Made by a program: the position numbers and the translations under genes. The notes beneath the pieces were generated by a model. It saw nothing but the letters and a program-made list of their open reading frames with translations. It had not been told where the DNA came from and did not search any database. DNA of 64,000 bases from Macrostomum lignano (Eukaryota), in the NCBI GenBank assembly GCA_002269645.1, contig NIVC01001100.1, positions 248,001 through 312,000 on the forward strand, given 5' to 3'. Shown piece by piece: positions 56,653 to 64,000 of this stretch (the stretch's first letter is position 1; every line of letters begins with the position of its first letter).

Positions 56653-57054
56653 CTGCGCTTCGAGTTTCAAATCAGTATTTGATGATGGACAGACTCGCGT
56701 AGCTGAGAGAGAGTGCAGACAGTTGCTGGGCGTCTGAAGTGGCAGCTTGATTAGATATCAGGCCCTCAAAACAGTTGGCTGAAATGTTGAGAAACGTTAT
56801 CAGTGGGAATCTTATACTTTTATGCTGAAAATGAGACATTCAACATGAAACAGACATTCAGAAAGTTGATGGCCGATGAGAAAAAAGGACAGGTATTTGC
56901 CTGCTGTCTATGGCCCACCTACCTTTCTTCTACAGGCTTTTAAATTTGGATGCGAGTTTTTTAACTTGTAAAATTGATTGCAATAATTGATTACACTCGC
57001 CCTAATGGGCAGCTCAGCAGCAGCTATTGCGCGGCGCATCTGAAGGCTGCGTAC

Positions 57055-57260
57055 GGCTGTTCAGTCCAAGGACTGGGGGGTCGCCACACCGACCCTCAAT
57101 TACCCCAGCTAATGCTGACACCCATTTTACAGCTGGGTGAACTGAAGCAATGCAGAGTTGTTTCTTGTTCAAGGACACCAATTTTTCCGAGTGGATCGAG
57201 AATCGAACCCCCGACCTTTCAATCGTGGGTCCGACGCTCTAACCACTAGGCTAGAACCCC
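57055..57260 (-). mobile_element. tRNA-derived CORE-type SINE, copy 2
   Basis: A box TAGCCTAGTGG, B box GGTTCGATTC. Colinear with copy 1 over about 200 bp (e.g. shared ACCCTCAATTACCCCAGCTAATGCTG). Confidence 0.82.
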
Positions 57261-57530
57261 TTGTTTTCTAACTTACATGATATAGAAAGTTATACCCGTA
57301 TATACAGACAGGGTGGTCAACAAAGGAAATCATGTTGAGCAGTGCATGACGGGGTTTTTTAAAGAAAACTACACTATCTTCATGATTTTTTAAGCAAGAA
57401 AATTCAGTTTGCTCTCCGGGAGAGCTTTCTGGACAAACCCTGCATACCTATGCACATAGTAGATGTGTGCCATTTCTATGACATCAGTGAGTGTAACTCT
57501 GCCCATCAATTGATAAGAGAGGTTTAGAGC

Positions 57531-57563
<33 letters not shown>

Positions 57564-57827
57564 TGCATGCGTCAGTCCCCGTGTTCCCCTATTGAAGCTC
57601 TCAGACTCAGAGATAATTAAAACGCTGTTTTATTGCCCATTTTTAACGCCTCTCCCGAGGGTTGGTTTGTTTGAGGCTGCCGCTGTGAGAGGCTGGAGTT
57701 TGGCTGACGGCCTCCGAGTCTCCGGGCTCAGCTCTCAATTACCAAAGTTGCTTGCTCAACGTCTCGAGGTTATGGCCTGCAGCACTGGAGTGAGTCCCGC
57801 ATACAACTCTGATCCTAAATGTGGCAC

Positions 57828-58310
57828 TATGATCCTAAATTTGGCACTATGATCCTAAATTTGGCACTCTGATCCTAAATTTGGCACTATGATCCTAAAT
57901 TTGGCACTATGATCCTAAATTTGGCACTCTAAAACTAAATTTGGCACTATGATCCTAGATTTGGAACTCTGATCCTAAATTTGGCACTATGATCCTAGAT
58001 TTGGAACTCTGATCCTAAATTTTGCACTCTGATCCTAAATTTTGCACTCTGATCCTAAATTTGGCACTATGATCCTAAATTTGGCACTATGATCCTAAAT
58101 TTGGCACTATGATCCTAAATTTGGCACTCTGATCCTAAATTTGGTACTCCGATCCTAAATGACGCCAATCTGATCCTGAAGTGACGCCAATCTGATCCTG
58201 AACTGACGCCTATCTGATCCTGAAGTGACGCCAATCTGATCCTGAAGTGACGCCTATCTGATCCTGAAGTGACGCCAATCTGATCCTAAAGTGACGCCTA
58301 TCTGATCTTA
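57828..58310. repeat. 20-bp then 22-bp minisatellite (GATCCTAAATTTGGCACTAT; GATCCTGAAGTGACGCCAATCT)
   Basis: Direct reading. Confidence 0.93.
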
Positions 58311-58977
58311 AATCAACTACGAGCTAATTTAATAACTACCATATGATTTTACGCTGACATCATACAGCCATATATTTCTTAACACTGAAGACTGAGTCGC
58401 TGACTCACCCGAATCAAGGCTGGAAGGCAAAAGATTTGATCACTCAAAAACTTTCCCAACGATCTCCTGACAGGGCAGTGGAGGGGGGGACGGTTGATGG
58501 CGCTGCGGACTTTCGGTCGGTTTGGCCGGCTCTGACTGCGCGGGCATTGGCTGGTTGCAGGCCAGCAGTGAGGGAATCACTTTCGGAACACTGCGTTCGC
58601 CCGGCTTATGCCATTGTTCGAGCAGGATGGGGTGTGGGCTGGGGGTGAAGCCCCACTGCTCATAGCTCTGACTAGCGGTGGGGATTCTCAAGTATCCGCC
58701 ATGGAGAGAGAGAGAGAGAAGACGGTAGCTGAACCCTCAAGGATGAAGGGACTCAGAGAGGCTGCGTACAATCGAAGTCTCAATCGGTAAACCGAAACTG
58801 TTGGCATATCGAAAGTTTTCTTTATCCGGTTCATCGCCTTGAAATCTGAGATGCGAAGCCTCTGCTGCGGCTTGCTTTGGTGACGAGAGTTTTGTCTGTC
58901 TGAGCGACTCGACAGGTCTGCCGGCTTGGGTTGGCTTTCAGTTCTAGTGGCTGAGGAGCTGCTGGGCTCCCATGCTC

Positions 58978-59266
<289 letters not shown>

Positions 59267-59864
59267 CTCCGCTTACCCAGGCAGCTTAATGACGCCGCTC
59301 CTAGCGGTCTCGCATTTCAAAGGCCCTCAATAAAGTTGCCGCCAAGCATTCGGGGTCGCTGGAGTGTGAAAATATCAACTGGGTCCGCAGCGGTGACGCG
59401 GGCCCACTGCGCACATTGCCGCGCCCCACTCGAGGCAGATTATGGGAAAAGGGAGAGTTCAGTAGGGGGGGGGGGAAGCAGACCCGCCTCATCCTCTCAG
59501 TTGAAACCGGATCGGCCGCATGAAGGCAGGCCGTTATCCCACCTCCACCCCATGCAAACTGCTGCATTCGCCACTAAGGCAGAGCGAACGCCGGTTAGCG
59601 AAACTTGCACCGCATTTTTGAGCACGGGATCGGGAGAGATAGCGTGGCTACGGTAGTTGAGACGGAGAATATCGGAGGAGGAAGCTGGAAAGTAGGAGGC
59701 CATAAAAAGTTGATGGTGGGGAGGGGGGAGAATTTGATGAAGACGAAAGATAGCGAAAAGGAAGATAGAGAATGGAATGATGATGATGAAATGGTGAAGA
59801 TTATTACGAGTGTATTTTAGTGAGATATTAGTAGAGAAGAAAGGTAGGGAGCTTGATGAGGAGA

Positions 59865-60267
59865 GAAGAGGACAGGAGAGGAGAGGAGAGGAGAGGAGAG
59901 GAGAGGTGAGGAGAGAAGAGGAGAGGAGAGGAGAGGAGAGGAGAGGAGAGATGTGAGAGGAGAGAGGAGAGAGGAGAGGAGAGGAGAGGCGAGGAGAGGA
60001 GAGGAGAGGAGAGGAGAGGAGAGGAGAGGAGAGATGTGAGAGGAGAGAGGAGAGAGGAGAGGAGAGGAGAGGCGAGATGAGATGTGAGAGGAGAGAGGAG
60101 AGGAGAGGAGAGGAGAGGAGAGGAGAGGAGAGGAGAGGAGAGGAGAGGAGAGGAGAGGAGAGGAGAGGAGAGGAGAGGAGAGGAGAGGAGAGGAGAGGAG
60201 AGGAGAGGAGAGGAGAGGAGAGATGAGATGTGAGAGGAGAGAGGAGAGGAGAGATGAGAGAGGAGAA
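59865..60267. repeat. (GGAGA)n microsatellite
   Basis: Direct reading. Confidence 0.95.
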
Positions 60268-61274
60268 AAGAGCGGATTGGAAACATAAGGAAACGCCCTC
60301 ATACACGAGCTAAAGCCGTTATTTTTCAGTTTTGCAAGCTGCAGAGCTCAGAGATCGGCACAGGTGCGGCAGGGAGACACAGAGTGGTCTCAGTGGGTGC
60401 ACCGTCAGAGCAGCAGGTGACGCCCTTTGACCCCCGGGCTTCCTCAACTCCCAGTCGCAGTCGATAATTTGAGTCAACTTCAAATTATCCAGATTGGTCA
60501 GAGAAATCGATGGCTCTCTCTCTCTCTCTCTCAGAAGTTTTATGAGTACCTTTTTGAAGAAATTGACAAAGTTGTAAGCAACACGGGACGGGAGCGCAAT
60601 TTAGGAGCGTTGGCAAATTCTACATTGTGTTAGTGTATTGAATTGAATTTGGGCAAGGTTTCCACGAAACCGTGAGGCATGTGATGATGAAATTACACGC
60701 TGGAGAGAGATGAAGCTGGGAGGCTGGCAGTATCTGGGCATTTGGGGGGGGGGGCTTGAGCCAAACATCCTGCCCACCCGTTGCTAAGTGGATTTTCTAC
60801 ACCCGAGCAGGTCATGGCCGAGTCCCCAGGCCCAGACTCCTCGCTGCTGTCAGCATCCCAATTAGATGCCGAAGTTCAAGTGTTCGAATCGAGGGGGACA
60901 AATTAGATTTTTAGAGGCCCGCCTGTCTGCTCCGAGCTGCTGCTCAACTCCCTGGGCAAGGGCGCGATCTCTTAAATTTTAGCCCTAGTCTTGAGCGCTT
61001 GAACTCTCAACTCGAACTAAAGAAGAGGCCCTGAGCAGTTGTTAAGAAGCTTTTGCTAGAGAAATAGTTGCACAATTTCAATAGCTGCTGCTGCTAGGAG
61101 TACTTTTTGGAGCAATTTAAATCCAATTTAATCTACTCGCCCGTTAAAGCGCGCGACTGAAGAAGCCTCCGCGGATGCATTCTCTGCTTGCAAAGGTGTT
61201 AGTTGCTTTTCTGCTGCGAAGTCAGAGATTCATTATCTGCTTTACGAGCCCTTTGCCTGCCTCTGCCTCAGCTT

Positions 61275-61790
61275 CTCACTCTACCTTTGCCTCTCTCCCT
61301 CTACCTCTCTATCTCATACCTCTACCTTTCCCTCTCTCTACCCCTCTATCTCATACCTCTACCTCTAACTCTCCCTCTACCTCTAATTCTCTATCTCTAC
61401 CTCTACCTCTCCTTCTCCCTCTCCCTCTCCCTCTCCCTCTCCCTCTCCCTTTCCCTCTCCCTCTCCCTCTCCCTCTCCCTCTCCCTCTCCCTCTTCCTCT
61501 CCCTCTCCCTCTCCCTCTCCCTCTTCCTTTGCCTCTCCCTCCCCCTCTAACTCTCTTTCTCCCTCTACCTCTCTCTCTACCCCTCTATCTCATACCTCTA
61601 CCTCTAACTCTCCCTCTCCCTCTCTTTCCCCCCTCCCCCTCTCCTCTACCTCTCCCTCTACCTCTCTTTCCCCCCTCCCCCTCTCCCTCTACCTCTCCCT
61701 CTACCTCTACCTCTCTCTCTTTCTCTCTCTCTTTCTTTCTACCTTTCCTTCTACCTCTACCTCTCTCTCTACCTATACCTTTCCCTTTAC
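61275..61790. repeat. (CCTCTC)n / CT-rich tract
   Basis: Direct reading. Confidence 0.9.
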
Positions 61791-63149
61791 ACTCCCCGTA
61801 TGTTTCTAATTCTTCATGTTTTCACTTGCCCTGACAAAGAAATATAATAATTTCGAAATATCGGCAACTATTACAATTCAAACCTTTTTCTCCTGGTCTT
61901 TTTACCGTGTCTGTGCCCGGGATTGGAGGCTCTCCTCTCTCTCCCTCTCTCTCCCCCTCTCCTTCTACCTCTAGCTCTCTCTCTACCTATACCTCTCCCT
62001 TTACACTCCCCTCACGTTTCTAGTTCTCTCGCAATCGCTCATTGTCCTCTTCCCCATTCTGTCTCAATGTCTGCACACTTGCTGGTATTGCTTAAACACT
62101 TAGAATTCGTTCTCAACAACGGCGCTAGCTTGTCAAGCCGAGCTATGAGTTATTGCTGCGCTAAGTTTGACAACCCCCTCCCCCGTTTTCTAATAGCGCG
62201 CTAATCCGCAATAAAGTCATTGCAGTTTCCGCCAGACTTTGCTGGCGGCTTCTCGTGCTTGTGAAACAATTTATAACCTACAGTTCCCATGCCAGAGCTT
62301 TGTTTTAGCTGCAGTTACCAGGGCGGGCTTACTCTATTTAACAACACTCTCATACACAGAAGCAGCGCTGCAGCTACCATTTCCTTGCAAAATCCAATTT
62401 CGAAACAGTTCGTGTTGTGGAATGAAGTTTTATTTCATTTTCAAGTGGCTTGGTAGCTAACTGTGTCTTTTGTGTCAGTTTTTTAAAAACAATTTTCAAC
62501 TCGATTATAAACTGCAGATGATGATGTTTATCACCTCGCAGATCGGGGCTTCTTAACTTGGTCACTGAACCGGGTCACAGTGACCTCCCAGTCCTACACT
62601 TCCCCAGAAAATTTTATTGCTATCAGAGTTGAAATTGCGCAGAGTGGAGGATTTCATACAAACAAAACTTACCGCTTTGAACTGGGACAGAGACTGGCAG
62701 ATCCCAGGCACGGGCATGTCTCGAGGCGACAGACAGTGTTCCAGCTGTGTTTCCCAAGTTTTCAGTTGGAGATTTCCAATTTCCGGAGAAAAGTAAATGT
62801 GCGATTCGCGCGGCTATGGGATGCTAATCAAAACTTCGAGGGGAAATGTTGAAACTAATTTCTACTCAGCTTGAGCCAGAGGAAGCCGGGCAGTTGCCTC
62901 TACAAATACTGGTTGGAGTCTCCAAGGTGGCCTGACACTGAGACGGGTTTTGAAGAGATTCTATTGGCTCTCCGTCAGCCAATCAGATGCGCTCTAGGAT
63001 TTACACTAAAGAATTTCTATTCAGAGACTATTATGGAATTCCTGACAGGAGTGTGAGCTGTGTGAATTGAAGAGGCGTTATAAGTGAAAGAGTCATAGTG
63101 TGAATATAGGGATGCTTCGTGAATATAGGAGCACTGTGTGTACGAAGAG

Positions 63150-63670
63150 GTGTGAATAAAGTTGTGTGAATGAAGGGATGTGAATAAAGTTGTGTGAATA
63201 AAGGGATGTGAAAAAAGTTGTGTGAATGAAGGGGTGTGAATAAAGTTGTGTGAATGAAGGGGTGTGAATTAAGTTGTGTGAATGTAGGGGCGCGAATAAA
63301 GATGTGTGAATGAAGGGGCGTGAATAAATTTGTGTAAATGAAGGGGCGTGAATAAATTTGTGTGAATGAAGGGGCGTGAATAAATTTGTGTAAATGAAGG
63401 GACGTGAATAAAGTCGTGAATGAAGGGGTGTCAATATATTTGTGTCAATGAAGGGGTGTGAATATATTTGTGTGAATGAAGGGATGTGAATAAAGTTGTG
63501 TGAATGAAGTGATGTGAATAAAGTTGTGTGAATGAAGGGGTGTGAATAAAGTTGTGTGAATGAAGGGGTGTTAATAAAGTTATGTGAATGAAGAGGTATG
63601 AATAAAGTTGTGTGAATCAAGGGGTGTGAATAAAGTCTTGCGAATAAAGGATGTGATAAATCTGTGTGAA
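63150..63670. repeat. About 28-bp minisatellite (GTGTGAATAAAGTTGTGTGAATGAAGGG)n
   Basis: Direct reading. Confidence 0.9.
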
Positions 63671-64000
63671 TGCGTGAGTACATGAATCACTCACGCGTTG
63701 CAAAATTCCCCCGAATCGGCCCCAGTCCCATTGCTGCTCCAGAAATCCTTGAATTCTTGAAAATTCTTGCATAAAGCTGCCCACAGTTGGCCAGGATTTC
63801 CCACACAATTTGGATCACACACTTCATTTCACTATCGGTTGATTCTGCAATCCGGCAACTGGGTCCTTCTGTAATAAAAATATCAGAGCCAAAAATTCCC
63901 AGCGAGCCGAAAGTCTGAAAAGGAATTTTTATTTTGGAGATGCTATCAGGTCAGGTTTGAGTGCTGGGAGACAGAGAAACTGCGTTGTAAATTGGAGGAT

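Overview
Eukaryotic (metazoan) genomic DNA. GC-rich, Ala/Leu-rich exons, GT-AG introns and minisatellite-filled introns suggest a Macrostomum-type free-living flatworm (inference, not verified). Segment 1 (1-10.5 kb) is compact. It holds a nested transposon stack (a hAT element with an 8-bp TSD carrying a hAT MITE and a 5'-truncated LINE) and an intronless clan-2-like cytochrome P450 whose I-helix is missing in frame. It also holds a two-exon somatomedin-B/7TM receptor-like gene, a second MITE copy and a secreted LamG/pentraxin-like gene. Segment 2 (10.5-56.7 kb) is one minus-strand gene, assembled by hand from 13 phase-compatible exons (3363 nt, 1120 aa): signal peptide, 7 Ig, 2 FN3, TM, and a tail ending YEVVV*, i.e. 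an echinoid-like adhesion receptor. About 33 unrelated tandem arrays (roughly 27 kb, about 40% of the window) fill its introns and upstream region; most long ORFs in the supplied track are repeat artefacts. The most intriguing lead is a 24-bp array between the FN3 and TM exons. Its units carry in-phase acceptor-like and donor-like sites and read as acidic Ser-Gly repeats, a possible variable-length proteoglycan stalk. No prokaryotic-type systems, CRISPR arrays, rRNA or intact tRNA genes were seen.
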